From Utricularia gibba (lineage: Eukaryota; Plantae; Magnoliophyta), in assembly GCA_002189035.1 (NCBI GenBank), contig NEEC01000007.1, positions 2,852,001 to 2,916,000 on the forward strand: a stretch of 64,000 nt of DNA, in the 5' to 3' direction. The number at the start of each line of letters is the position of its first letter. Within the stretch, counting starts at the first letter, position 1. A program made the position numbers and the translations under genes. This document shows, in pieces, positions 51,882 to 64,000 of the stretch. The notes under the pieces were generated by a model. That model saw only the letters and a program-made list of their open reading frames with translations. It did no database searches and was not told the origin of the DNA.

Positions 51882-53089
51882 ATGGCGGCGGATCGGAGAA
51901 AGGAGGAATCGTTGCTGCCGCCGGATTATGTTTCACTGGCACAGCTCCAGAAGCAGTGGCTGCAGGCGCAGGAAGAGAAGAAGCAGAAGCAGAAGCAAGA
52001 AGTGGAGGACAGGAACAAGGTTGAGCCCGCCGCGATCGGATACCCACCAGAGTCTGGTCGTGGAATTGAGGGTAAGGAAGACACTTCTCCCGGGCGGCGA
52101 GACAAAACACAGCGCGTTGAGCTGATGGTAGTGAAGGATACGGGGGAGTCAAAGGGGGTGATGAATTTGGTAAAGATGAGGCCGTGGACATCATGGCAAG
52201 GGAGAATAGGAAGACGAAATCAGAAAAGGAAGGGCAACAGAGCAAGGCTTTGGAGAAGGGGAATGAGGAATGCGGGGATGGAGAGAAGGGAATTTCCAGA
52301 AATTCCACGAATGAGCCGCAGGGGTCACCAGAGAATAAGCGAATTGCTAGTGCAAGTAGAAGAGGATATGTGCGTAAAGGCGATATTCGTGGTTGGGGAC
52401 AAGAAAACTCAGTGAAGCTGAATGAATCTGAAAGGAAGAAAACGGTGGAGAATGAACATGGGGAAAGGAGGGGAGGAAGTGGTGCTAAACCTTGGAAACA
52501 CAGACTGAGAAAAGGGAGTAGACCTGCTAATATAGAGATTAAAGAAGTGGATCCAGAAATGGGGGATGAAGTTGTTGAGGTGTGCAACGCAATATCCTGC
52601 TTGACTACAAGCGATGAGATTGGAATCTCAGAGCCGAAGGGGTACCAGATACACAACACCGAAGCTGACAATGCTGATGCGAACAATGTGATTGGTGAAA
52701 ATGTGGCCTTGGAGAAGGATAAGCTTGTTGAAACCAAGGGTCCAACAAAGAATGATCGGAAGAGAAGAGTTGGAAGGTGGAAGGCTGTAAATTTCTCGGC
52801 CGAGAATGAGGATAAGCATCCTGAACTCGTGTCTGGAAACTATCATGAGAAGGTAAGCTTTGCAAGTGGACGTAGCAGATATTGGAATCAGAATGCTTAT
52901 AGGAGATCAAGCTCAGGTGCACATGCGGCCTTAGGAAGATTTGGGAGAGGATGGAACGGGAAGGTGGGAAATAGTCGTATGGTGTGGATGAGGAAAGAGG
53001 AGAAGCCGAGTACAGATGCTGCTGAACAGGGATCATCTGGTAACATAGCTATCTGTTGCTTCTCTTTTAACTTGCTCCATGTTTGTTAA
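51882..53089 (+). CDS. Uncharacterised hydrophilic plant protein (N-terminal PPDYVSLAQLQ..W, C-terminal MVW.RK); 1-nt frameshift as assembled
   Basis: ORFs 51882-52415 and 52184-53089 carry the N- and C-terminal motifs in different frames. G5 runs at 52142-52146 and 52154-52158; telo-box-like TTTAGGGT before the ATG. Confidence 0.7.
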
Positions 53090-55778
53090 ATTTCACAAGG
53101 GCCTTTGCATGTTGCTAGAGTAGACAAATTCAGGATTTGGATGTAAATTCTACTATTGCCCTAGATATAGGAAAAAGATGGCTTCCCGGATTCAGAAGTT
53201 GACTTTATATGTGTACTTTCTTGAAGTTCAAGAGAGGATCCTAGAAGTTGAGGAATTATTTTTGAGCTTTCTGGATGCAAAAGTTCCAGTGGAGTTAAAG
53301 TTATCTTGCTTGACATGAAGTAGTTTGAGCTTTCACTTATTTAGGTTGAAATGCCACTCCAGGAACTGGTTAAACATCATTTTATTGCAGGGGATTTGGA
53401 AGGTCAGAATTGAAGTGGAGCTGGACACATCCATACACTGGAACTGCATATGAAATAGTGGCTGCCACTGAAAGCAACACCAAATTCTATTGTAACTACC
53501 AGGAATTAACAATTAAGTTTGCTGGGTGCCTTGTTTATGTAACCTGTGACAGCATGCGCTGCTCATTGTTGCTCAATGTAGTATTTGCTCTTTGTACTGA
53601 CAATGGAATGCCCGGCTTAGTTGGGCAAATGCATTCCACAGGTCCCTCAACCGTTTTTCTTCACTTTGGATGCACTCCCACCTCCTTTTTTCATGTTCAA
53701 CGCAAGAATAATGAATGAGTCAATCGGGTGTTATAAAGAATCTGGTAGTCTTCTGTCAATTCCACCCTCCAACGCGCAGAATCAGACGCCAGTGTTGTTC
53801 TATTGGGAATAAGGCTTTTTATGTATAAAAAGCAAGCCAAAAGATATATAGGAAGTAACAGCTACTTATACCATGTGAGGCAAGGAGCGGCAGGATGGCA
53901 GCATCTGACACTTAGCCTTTCTTCCGTGGGGTCTCCGATGGAAGAAGCGGAATGCCGAATACCCAATCCAGAACATTCAGGTACTTGGATCGGAAGACAT
54001 CGCGTTCAATGGCATAGCAATGCATGATGACAGCAGTTGATAAGCTGAAGATCACAACATCAGCTCTGTTGCAGTTTCTCCAGTGAGGCAAGCGCCCTGC
54101 ATCCGCCATTGATGCAAAGAAGCTCTCTGTTGCTCGCGCAAAGCAGTAGAGGGATATCTCCATCCGTCTACTCTTCTTCTCCACTGCAAGGGCGAGACCG
54201 GGTGGAAACTGTTACAGGAAAATGCACAAAAAATACATCATCCTTGTGCGTGCGGAGGGAAATGAGTAGGGTGCATTCCCAGTCTACCGTTCCTAGTGCC
54301 AGCAACGGGACATTGCTCTTTCCTGTAATCCTGAATACGAGGCATGTCCACATCCTACAGATCAAAAACCATGAAATAAATTGACCAACTGGATTTTTAC
54401 TCATACCTGGATGATACTTCGATTTGCTTACCAGGCAGATGCGCAATACAATGAAAGAAACAAGCTCGATCTCGCAGTGCCAAGAAGACCCTTTGAAAGA
54501 ATCGCGTATGGCCTACCACGAAAGAAATGCAGGAGGTAAACGGATTTCAGTGCCGAGGGGACAGGTGATAAGCCTGGAAAGGTGCAAGTACTACGTTGGG
54601 ACATGGAAACAATGGTTACTGGTTGAATCTGCTCAACATATTTAATGCTGCATTGTCTAGAAACCAAGGTGGGAAATTTTTGAAAAACCACTCCAATCAT
54701 TATAGTTACCGTTTCAAAACATCTAGACGGTGAACAATCAGCGCTGGAATTAGGTACACAGGTAGATAGACTGGCAATGCTCTTTGATATGCGTGAAAAA
54801 GAAAGGTAAAGCAATGTGCTGCACATGACTGATTACCATGAATCATCTGCATGAACACAAGATCTGTCTTAGTGTAAAATTATATGAAACCCAAACCTCC
54901 TAGTTGGAGAACCTTGCTCCAGCATCAATAAGAGCCTAGGGATCAAGCATGTAGTAAAGCAAAAAAACTCAACATGCCCGCCCAGTTTGGAAATTTGAGT
55001 ATTCTTCGTCAAAGACTCTTCCATGGCCCCGTGATAAGAAATTACAGCATGATAATCAAAAAGATGTGCGTGGTATACTGGTGTCAAGGATTTCCCAAAG
55101 AGAATATATCAAAACCACCCAGTACAATGGAATACACAGACAATACGCTTGGATAAAAGATTATTGAGCTGAGTTCATACCGAACAAGGTATTTTCATTT
55201 CTGGATCGAGTTTAACGTCAGCACCATTCATCTTGTAATATTTCTCTATTCCTTCTAAATTTGTAAAAGGAATTCCACACAATAAATCTCTGATACCATT
55301 CAGAATGACGGGATCCTTTCCCCCATGTTTGTTGAGAAATGACTTATAAGATGGAGGCAGACTATCTTGCTTCAAAATATAGGCACACCTAAAGCAAAGC
55401 ACCACGTTCCAGAAAAGAAAACAGTAAGATCGAGTAAACAAAAAAGAAGAAGAATTCGATACATTCCTTTAGGCATAAGATCCTGGAGTTTGTCGATCAT
55501 AATAAACTCGATAGGCTTGGGGAAAGAAAAAGAAGAAACAGATACATTTAATGAAACGTTGTAGCAAACAAATTATTTTTGATTTATAGAGCAGGTATAA
55601 AATCATTAAGGGAACAAATAGATCAAAATTCTTTATCAGCACTCCTGAGCAGGAACATAGGATGGAAAAAAAAAAGAATAATGGAAATTCAAATAAGAAA
55701 TAGGAAAAAAGGAAAAGAAGCCCTTACAGAATTTGTGAAGCCGAGATACACATAAGGAAAAGGTCTCCATGTGACCAT
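52800..55778. repeat. Segmental duplication, copy A
   Basis: Collinear and roughly 90% identical by eye to 60270-64000. Confidence 0.93.
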
Positions 55779-56759
55779 GATAGAGGTTTACACAGAGACC
55801 CGAATTTCGGGCTCTTTATCCCACATCTAGCTGCCAATACAGCCGCACGCATAAGAATGTAAATGGCCAAGCTTGTATGCTGTGTGTTAAGCCCAGTAAG
55901 AAGAATAGATGGCCCTGCAACAGCACCAGCTACCAAAGCTCTCCATTTTGCTGTCCTAAATAGTAAACAAATTCAAAACAATCAAGATGATGAACAACTG
56001 CATCGTTTCGTAAGTAACCGCATGCTTCACCCAAGCAGCTTCAAATGTGCCTGACCAAAATTTATGCAGAATTTCAGAGCTTAACGCAATTCCAGAAGTG
56101 ATTCACCTTTAACTCTCACATGCAAACAAGGTAATAGTTTCTCCTACGTTTCAACAAATTAGCACTGCTTTTGTTCTGTAATGAAGGTGAAATTACTCAT
56201 CTACAGTTTGGTTGCTACATCAGATTACTTCCCAAACAGCAACAAAACTCAAAAAACCATACCGGCGGTGGCCACCCATAGCAGAGATAAACTCATCAAC
56301 AGACACAAATGTGCCGGCAAATGTACCGAGAAACAGCCCGTATTTCAATGTTTCCTTCAGAGACGAAAGCACGTCGGCATTCATTGAACCCATCTCACGC
56401 TTCCTGAAAGAACATGCCATACATTCGTTAAATCATTCCTAAATATACACAAGATGCAATTGAATGAATGATCAAACGAACAGTCGGCGACGGCGGAGGC
56501 GCATCAGTAAAGAAAAGAAGGCCAGGCCCCCTTTCAATCCAGCCCCGATGACGAATCCCTTCACGGAGGCGGTGTAAACTCGCCAATACTTATCGTAGTC
56601 CTGAACCGGAAACGAGTCCAAACTGAGCAGCGAGCATGACGATGATGCAGATAGAAGCCCGGAGCTCGAAGATCGACTCTTCCTGCACTCCTTACAGTCG
56701 ATTGAGTCGCAGGGGCATGCCCCGGCGGAGTCCCCGATGCCATCCGCCGTATCCGCCAT
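53912..56759 (-). CDS. TMEM135: TMEM135/PMP52-like multi-pass membrane protein, copy 1
   Basis: Multi-exon gene with KGF.IGAGLKGGLA, KETLKYGLFLGTFAGTFVSVDE, HTSLAIYILMRAAVLA, RALPVYLPVYLIPALIVHR and EKKSRRMEISLYC motifs. Confidence 0.88.
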
Positions 56760-57309
56760 CTGAACTCAGCTCCACGGTTGAGAAACAAAAGTCGACTGAA
56801 AAAGGAAGCTCCCGCGGCCGCCCATTCAGCGGCCAATACGCTGGGCCCCACACTAACAAAGCCTTGTGCGTTTATTCGCCTATAATTTTGCAACGTGGAT
56901 TCAGTCTATTTTAAAAGACTCATCCCATGGGTTTCAAAATAAACGCTCCCAACTGCTAAAATTTAAAGATCAATTTTGCAGCTTCTTCATCACCACTCTC
57001 GATGCCGCAGTCCCCCATCCTGGATGTTAACGGGAGGTTTGGAACTTGAAAAGTTAAAGAATGGAGGGCAGCCATGAGGCTTCAAGGGAATAAAGCTTCT
57101 TAAATCAAACAGCAGAGCCGTCTTCACGTCAAAAAAATCTCATTCATAACCAACACCATTGCAGATGCACTATTGATAACAAGACTAGACAAAAGGGATG
57201 CCTTTCCCAAGCAACGCACGGCAGAATATGAGAGAGCAGTGTTTTGGGGAGGAGAAGTACTTCCAGGAAAAGCCGCAGGAGTGATCAGATCACTGGAAGT
57301 TGCCTTAAC

Positions 57310-58371
<1,062 letters not shown>

Positions 58372-58479
58372 CGTTGTCAGGCGTCAGAATCCGGCGAGGC
58401 TGCCGATAATGGAGAAGCGACGGCGGAGTGATCCCTAGTTTTGGTGAAAGTGAGATAAATTATTTCGTAGTAATGAAAA

Positions 58480-58546
58480 ATGGGCCTCAACACCCGACCA
58501 GCCCAAAAAAGGAAAGGCTTTAGTTTAGAACAACTTGGGCTGGGCG
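58480..58546 (-). promoter_or_regulatory. Site II (TGGGCY) cluster in the RPS11 promoter
   Basis: TGGGCC, AGCCCA and TGGGCTGGGC within about 70 bp. Confidence 0.5.
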
Positions 58547-58608
58547 TGCGGGCTTTTGCTCTCGGATCCCCAGCGTTGAAAATAATAATGATGGAGAATT
58601 GTCAAAAC

Positions 58609-59122
58609 CAGTATTTTAAAAACGGGTTTAACTCATTAAACCGTTTAATCATGGTTTTGGGTTCAACCATTTTTAAAATGGGTTGAACCGAGTTCATTAA
58701 TTTTGAATTATATTTATCAAAATATTATAATATAATTATAAAATCATAATTTAATATATTAAAATATTGAAAATATAAAAAATAAAAATATATCTATCAA
58801 TAATTGATATAATTATATTAAAAATTTTAATCAAAATCATATTTATCATTTCATATCTCATTCAAATAATATGCAATTTAAATATAAATGATTATTTTCT
58901 ACTATCAATATAAATACATAAATAAAAATATAATTATTAAGATTTATTTAAAATATATATCTATAACATATTTTATATTTATTTATAACCATTATCATAA
59001 AATAAATAATAAAAATTTTAAAAATAAAAAGTAAAGAATAGAGTTGGATCCAACCAACCAAAACATGGGTTCGGATCTAATCGGGTCGAACCATGAGTCT
59101 AATCCAGGTTTTTAAAACATTA
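58609..59122. mobile_element. Non-autonomous hAT-type MITE (514 bp)
   Basis: Imperfect TIRs CAGTATTTTAAAAAC / GTTTTTAAAACATTA; 8-bp TSD GTCAAAAC (58601-58608) / GTTAAAAC (59123-59130); GGTT/AACC subterminal motifs and an AT-rich core. Confidence 0.75.
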
Positions 59123-59499
59123 GTTAAAACAAACGTCATAAATTAACGAGTCTAAATTAGGGATGAGCAATTCGGAGCTCACTAATATCACATAACATTA
59201 TTAAATATACACATCTCATAATACATAATTTCAATGGATCGTTGATATTCTTAGTCTTTGTAAAAATTACAAAAATAGTTTTCATTGTTTTACTATTATT
59301 CTCATTATTTAAAAATGAAACATTATTTTAAAGTGATGGTAAATTTTAATGAAAACATGCGGATAAATATGAAGCAAGCCATCGACGAGTTATTTTCGTA
59401 TATTATTAACCATTAGCTATGAATTATTTGTATAAATAGTATACAATAACTTTTCTTTACATGTAAAAAAAAGATTATTTTTTCTGCTTAACTTCATCA

Positions 59500-60050
59500 A
59501 TGGTTCCATCCGATAATTGTATACCCAGCCTCCAATTTGCATCTCTTGCATCGTATAATTATAAACAAGGTGAGAATGTATCTATTGCAAAATATTTTAC
59601 AAAGATGAATGATTTATGGAAAGATGTAAGTACCTTGATGCCAAAGGTGAAATGCGGCAAATGTGAGGCTCCAATTTGTGTTGATAAGACTTTGGGAGTG
59701 ACCAAACTTCCTCAATTTCTCATAGGACTAAATACTAAATTTGAGACTACTCTAAATCAGATCTTAGCTATGGATTTGATGCCAATAGCAAAAGCATATT
59801 GCATGATTTAATCTTGAGCATTGTATGAACAGAAGAGAAGATTCAGTTAGATAAACTTATTTGGAGATGCAGACTTCGCTATTAGGTCAATTGGACATGA
59901 ACAAAATCCTAGTAATGCTGTTGCAATTTTGGGACCAAAACAAAGAATGAACAATCGCTTTTGCACGATCTCTAAGAAGAATGGACATATGAATTGTTTT
60001 ATGATTGAAGAACTACCACTACAATGGAGGTGTAAAGGTGAGAGATGAAA
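59500..60050 (+). mobile_element. Degenerate Copia gag remnant
   Basis: KQGENVSIAKYFTKMNDLW...LPQFLIGLN.KFETT.NQILAMD.MP, then a decayed zinc knuckle (C..SKKNGH..C). Confidence 0.7.
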
Positions 60051-60269
60051 TGGGCAGAATCAACAAAGTAAAATTGAATGAAGAAGTTACTGACAGAATG
60101 AATCACATGAATAACAAAATTGATATAGTATAGATCAATAAAGACATGATTATCGATATGTAGAGCTCATGATTGATAAATGAAAAATTTGCACACGTCA
60201 TTAAGAATATAAATTTTTGTTATTAAATAAATTTATAAATCTAATTAACATTCAATCATAAAACAAATA

Positions 60270-60558
60270 CGATAACGAAGATAAGCATTATAAACTCATG
60301 ACTGGAAACCATCATGAGAAGGTAAGCTTTGCAAATGGACGTAGCAGATATTGGAATCAAAATGCTTATAGGAGATCAAGCTCAGGTGCACAAGCCTCCA
60401 TAGGAAGATTTAGGAGAGGATGGAATGGGAAGGTGGGAAATAGTCGTATGGTGTGGATGAGGAAAGAGGAGAAGCCGAGTACAAATCCTGGTGAACAGGG
60501 ATCATCTGGTAACATAGCGATCTGTTGCTTCTCTTTTAACTTGCTCCATGTTTGTTAA
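60270..60558 (+). pseudogene. Orphan 3' fragment of the 51882-53089 gene
   Basis: HEKVSFA.GRSRYWNQNAYRRSSSGA...MVWMRKEEKPS; the upstream two-thirds of the gene is absent. Confidence 0.85.
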
Positions 60559-60918
60559 ATTTCACAAGGGCGTTTGCATGTTGCTAGAGTAGACAAATTC
60601 AGGATTTGGATGTAAATTCTACCATTTAACACAAAGCATTGCCCAAGATATAGGAAAAAGATGGCTTTCCGGATGCAAAAGTTGACTTTATATGTGTACT
60701 TTCTTGAAGTTCAAGAGAGGATCCTAGAAGTTGAGGAATTATTTTTGAGCTTTCTGGATGCAAAAGTTCTAGTGGAGTTAAAGTTATCTTGTTTGACATG
60801 AAGTAGTTTGAGGTTTAACTTCTTTAGGTTGAAATGCCACTCCAGGAACTGGTTCAACATCATTTTATTGCAGGGATTTAGAAGTTCAGAATTGAAGTGG
60901 AGCTGGACACATCCATAT

Positions 60919-61882
60919 TAGGGCTGCTAAGTGCCCGAGCTCGAGCTGAGGTTTTGGAAAAATTTCAAGCTTGAGCTTGAGCTCGATTGCAAATTACTAG
61001 GCTCAAGCTCGAGCTCGAGTTTGTAGATCCCTGGAAAACTTGGCTCAAGCTGAGCTCGAGCCAGCTTGAAAATTTTTATAATTTTTTTTTATTAGTATAG
61101 TTTTTACTCTCAAATTAACTTATAAACTTAATATTTAATTATAATTATTTAAAAATAAAATACAATCAAAATAAAAACAAACTATGAAAATGCTTAATCA
61201 AATAATAGAACAACAATGTTCAGATTTAAATAATAGTTCTAATCTTTTTTAAAAGTAAAAAAAACTACTTTTGACCATTATTACCTAATAATGTTGAGAA
61301 TCCCAATTACCTGTAAAAAAAATGAAAATAGATATAAAATGAATATCATGAAAACTTAATAGTAAAAACTCATCCAAAAATGTAAAGGGTATATTAAATA
61401 ATTACCATCAAGTAATGTGAATTTCATTTTGGGTTTGCAAATCACCAATCCGAAGCAGTATTTCAATTATTTTTGCTTTTTTCTGAAGATATACATTATT
61501 AATATATGGACAAAAATTAAATAATACAATAAATAATTACCTTGATTTTATATTACTAGATTATTTGTAATTATAGGAATTGATTGAATTTCTAAAATAA
61601 TAAAATATTATGATATATTTATGGTATAATTTATTTTTCATATTAAATATGTTGATTTGATAGTATTTAAATTATTGATATTATTAAATATTTTTTGTAA
61701 AAAAGCTCGCGAGCCGACTCACGAGGTTGGAACTTTGAAATACTAAGCTCAAGGTCGGCTCGACTTCTGACTCGAGCTCGATATTGGCTCGGCTCGAGTT
61801 CGATCAAGCCGAGCTGTAGTTGAGTCGAGTTCGAGCCGGCTCAAAAAAGCTCGGGAGCTGGTTGGACTCGTTTGCAGCCCTA
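60919..61882. mobile_element. Non-autonomous hAT-type element (964 bp)
   Basis: TIRs TAGGGCTGCTAA / TTTGCAGCCCTA; 8-bp TSD ATCCATAT / ATCCATAC; many GCTCGAGC subterminal repeats. The empty site ATCCATAC is present in copy A (about 53430). Confidence 0.9.
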
Positions 61883-62123
61883 ATCCATACACTGGAACTG
61901 CATATTAAATAGTGGCTGCCACTGAAAGCAACACCAAATTCTACTGTAACTACCAGGAGTTAACAATTAAGTTTGCTGGGCTGGGTGCCTTGTTTATGTA
62001 ACCTGTGATAGCATGCTCTTGAGAATGAGTCTTGTTCTGTAAAAAGCAAGCCAAAAGATATAGGAAGTAACAGCTACTTGTACCATGTGAGGCAAGGAGC
62101 GGCGGGATGGCAGCATCTGAAAC

Positions 62124-64000
62124 TTAACCTTTCTTCCGTGGGGTCTCCGATTGAAGAAGCGGAATGCCGAATACCCAATCCAGAACATTCAGGTACTTGG
62201 ATCGGAAGACATCGCGCTCAATGGCATAACAATGCATGATGACAGCAGTCGATAAGCTGAAGATCACAACATCAGCTCTGTTGCAGTTTCTCCAGTGAGG
62301 CAAGCACCCTGCATCTGCCATTGATGCAAAGAAGCTCTCTGTTGCTCGCGCAAAGCAGTAGAGGGATATCTCCATCCGTCTGCTCTTCTTCTCCACTGCA
62401 AGGGCGAGGCCGGCTGGAAACTGTTACAGGAAAATGCACAAAGAATACATCATCCTTGTGCGTGCGGAGGGAAATGAAGAGTGGGGGCATTCCCAGTCTA
62501 CCAATGCTAGTGCCAGCAACGGGACATTGCTTTTTCCTGCAATCCTGAACAGGAGGCATATCCACATCCTACAGATCAAAAACCATGAAATAAAGTGATT
62601 AACTGGATTTTTACTCATACCTGGATGATACTTTGGTTTGCTTACCAGGCAGACGCGCAACACAATGAAAGAAACAAGCTCGATCTCGCAGTGCCAAGAA
62701 GACCCTTTGAAAGAATCGTGTATGGCCTACCACAAAACAAATGCAGGAGGTAAACGGATTTAGTGCTGAGGAGACAAGTGATAAGCCTGGAAAGGTGTAA
62801 ATACTCCGTTGCGACATGGAAACAATGGTTACTGGTTGATCTGCTCAAGATATTTAATGCTGCATTGTCTAGAACCCAAGGTGGGAAATTTTTGAAAAAC
62901 CACTCCAATCATTATACTTACCGTTTCAAAATATCTAGACGGTGAACAATCAGCGCTGGAATTAGATATACAGGTAGATAGACTGGCAATGCTCTTTGAT
63001 ATGCATGAAAAAGAAAGGTAAAGCAATGTGCTGCGCATGACTGATTACCATGGATCATCTGCATGAACACAAGATTCTGTCTTAGTGTAACATTATATGA
63101 AGCCCAAACCTTGTAGTTGGAGAGCCTTGCTACAGCATCAATAAGAGCCAAGGGATCAAGCAAGTGGTAAAGGAAAAAAACTCAACATGCCCAGTTTGGA
63201 AATTCGAGTATTCCTTGTAAAGGACTCTTCCATGGCCCCGTGATATGAAATTACAGCTTACAGCATGATAATCAAAAAGATGTGCGTGGTATACTGGTGT
63301 CAAGGATTTCCCAAAGAGAATATATCATCATTTTACACAGCCACCCAGTACAATGGAATACACAGACATTACGCTTGGATAAAAGATTATTGAGTTGAGT
63401 TCATACCGAACAAGGTATTTTCATTTCTGGATCGAGTTTAACATCAGCACCATTCATCTTGTAATATTTCTCTATTCCTTCTAAATTTGTAAAAGGAAGT
63501 CCACACAATAAGTCTCTGATACCATTCACAATGACGGGATCCTTTCCCCCATGTTTGTTGACAAATGACTTATAAGATGGAGGCAGACTATCTTGCTTCA
63601 AAAAATAGGCACACCTAAAGCAAAGCACCACGTTCCAGAAAAGAAAACAGTAAGATCGAGTAAACAAAAAAGAAGAAGAATTCGATATATTCCTTTAGAC
63701 ATAAGATCTGGAGTTTGTCGATCATAATAAACTAAACAGGCTTGGGAAAAAAAAAGGAGAAACAGATACATTTAATGAACGAAGTACCAAACAAATGATT
63801 TGTAATTCATAGAGCAGGTTTAAAATCATTACGGGAACAAACAGATCAAAATTCTTTATCAGCACTCCTGAGCCGGATCATAGGATGGAAAAAATAAGAA
63901 TAATGGAAGTTCAAATAAGAAATAGGAAAAAAGGAAAAGAAGCCCTTACAGAATTTGTGAAGTCGAGATACACATTAGGAAAATGTCTCCATGTGACCAT
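62124..64000 (-). CDS. TMEM135: TMEM135-like protein, copy 2 (5' part outside the window)
   Basis: The visible exons keep frame and splice sites and show only amino-acid substitutions relative to copy 1. Confidence 0.85.

Larger units (their letters stand above)
60270..64000. repeat. Segmental duplication, copy B (runs off the window end)
   Basis: Matches 52800-55778 with an initial offset of 7470. Carries a MITE insertion and lacks about 260 bp found at about 53560-53820 in copy A. Confidence 0.93.

Noticed and set aside
51685-52737. 350-aa antisense ORF
   Set aside because: S/L/F/P-rich with no recognisable motif; this is the expected stop-poor shadow of a purine-rich sense CDS.

Overview
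Nuclear genomic DNA of a flowering plant, probably a eudicot: AT-rich intergenic DNA, GT-AG introns and about 16 protein-coding loci. In order these are an ankyrin-PGG membrane protein, eIF4A, LOG8-like, a WRINKLED1-like AP2 factor, a small conserved protein, patatin, SPATULA-like bHLH, mitochondrial RPL4, an NYN/C2H2 protein, MYB44/73-like, an F-box protein, an At2g23090-like zinc finger, ZCF37-like, an uncharacterised hydrophilic protein, TMEM135-like (two copies) and RPS11. The standout is an intact Ty1/Copia element (12767-18113) inserted in a coding exon of the WRI1-like gene, with 390-bp LTRs identical by eye and an AGCGC target-site duplication. Its primer-binding site matches tRNA-Trp rather than the usual tRNA-iMet. 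Its Pol ORF reads about 220 nt into the 3' LTR, and its U3 carries site II and MSA-like proliferation motifs. The window also holds a local segmental duplication (52800.. vs 60270..) with a hAT MITE in one copy, a duplicated terminal exon in patatin, and four single-base frameshifts at G/C homopolymers that may be assembly errors. All comparisons were made by eye; family assignments rest on recalled motifs, not database searches.
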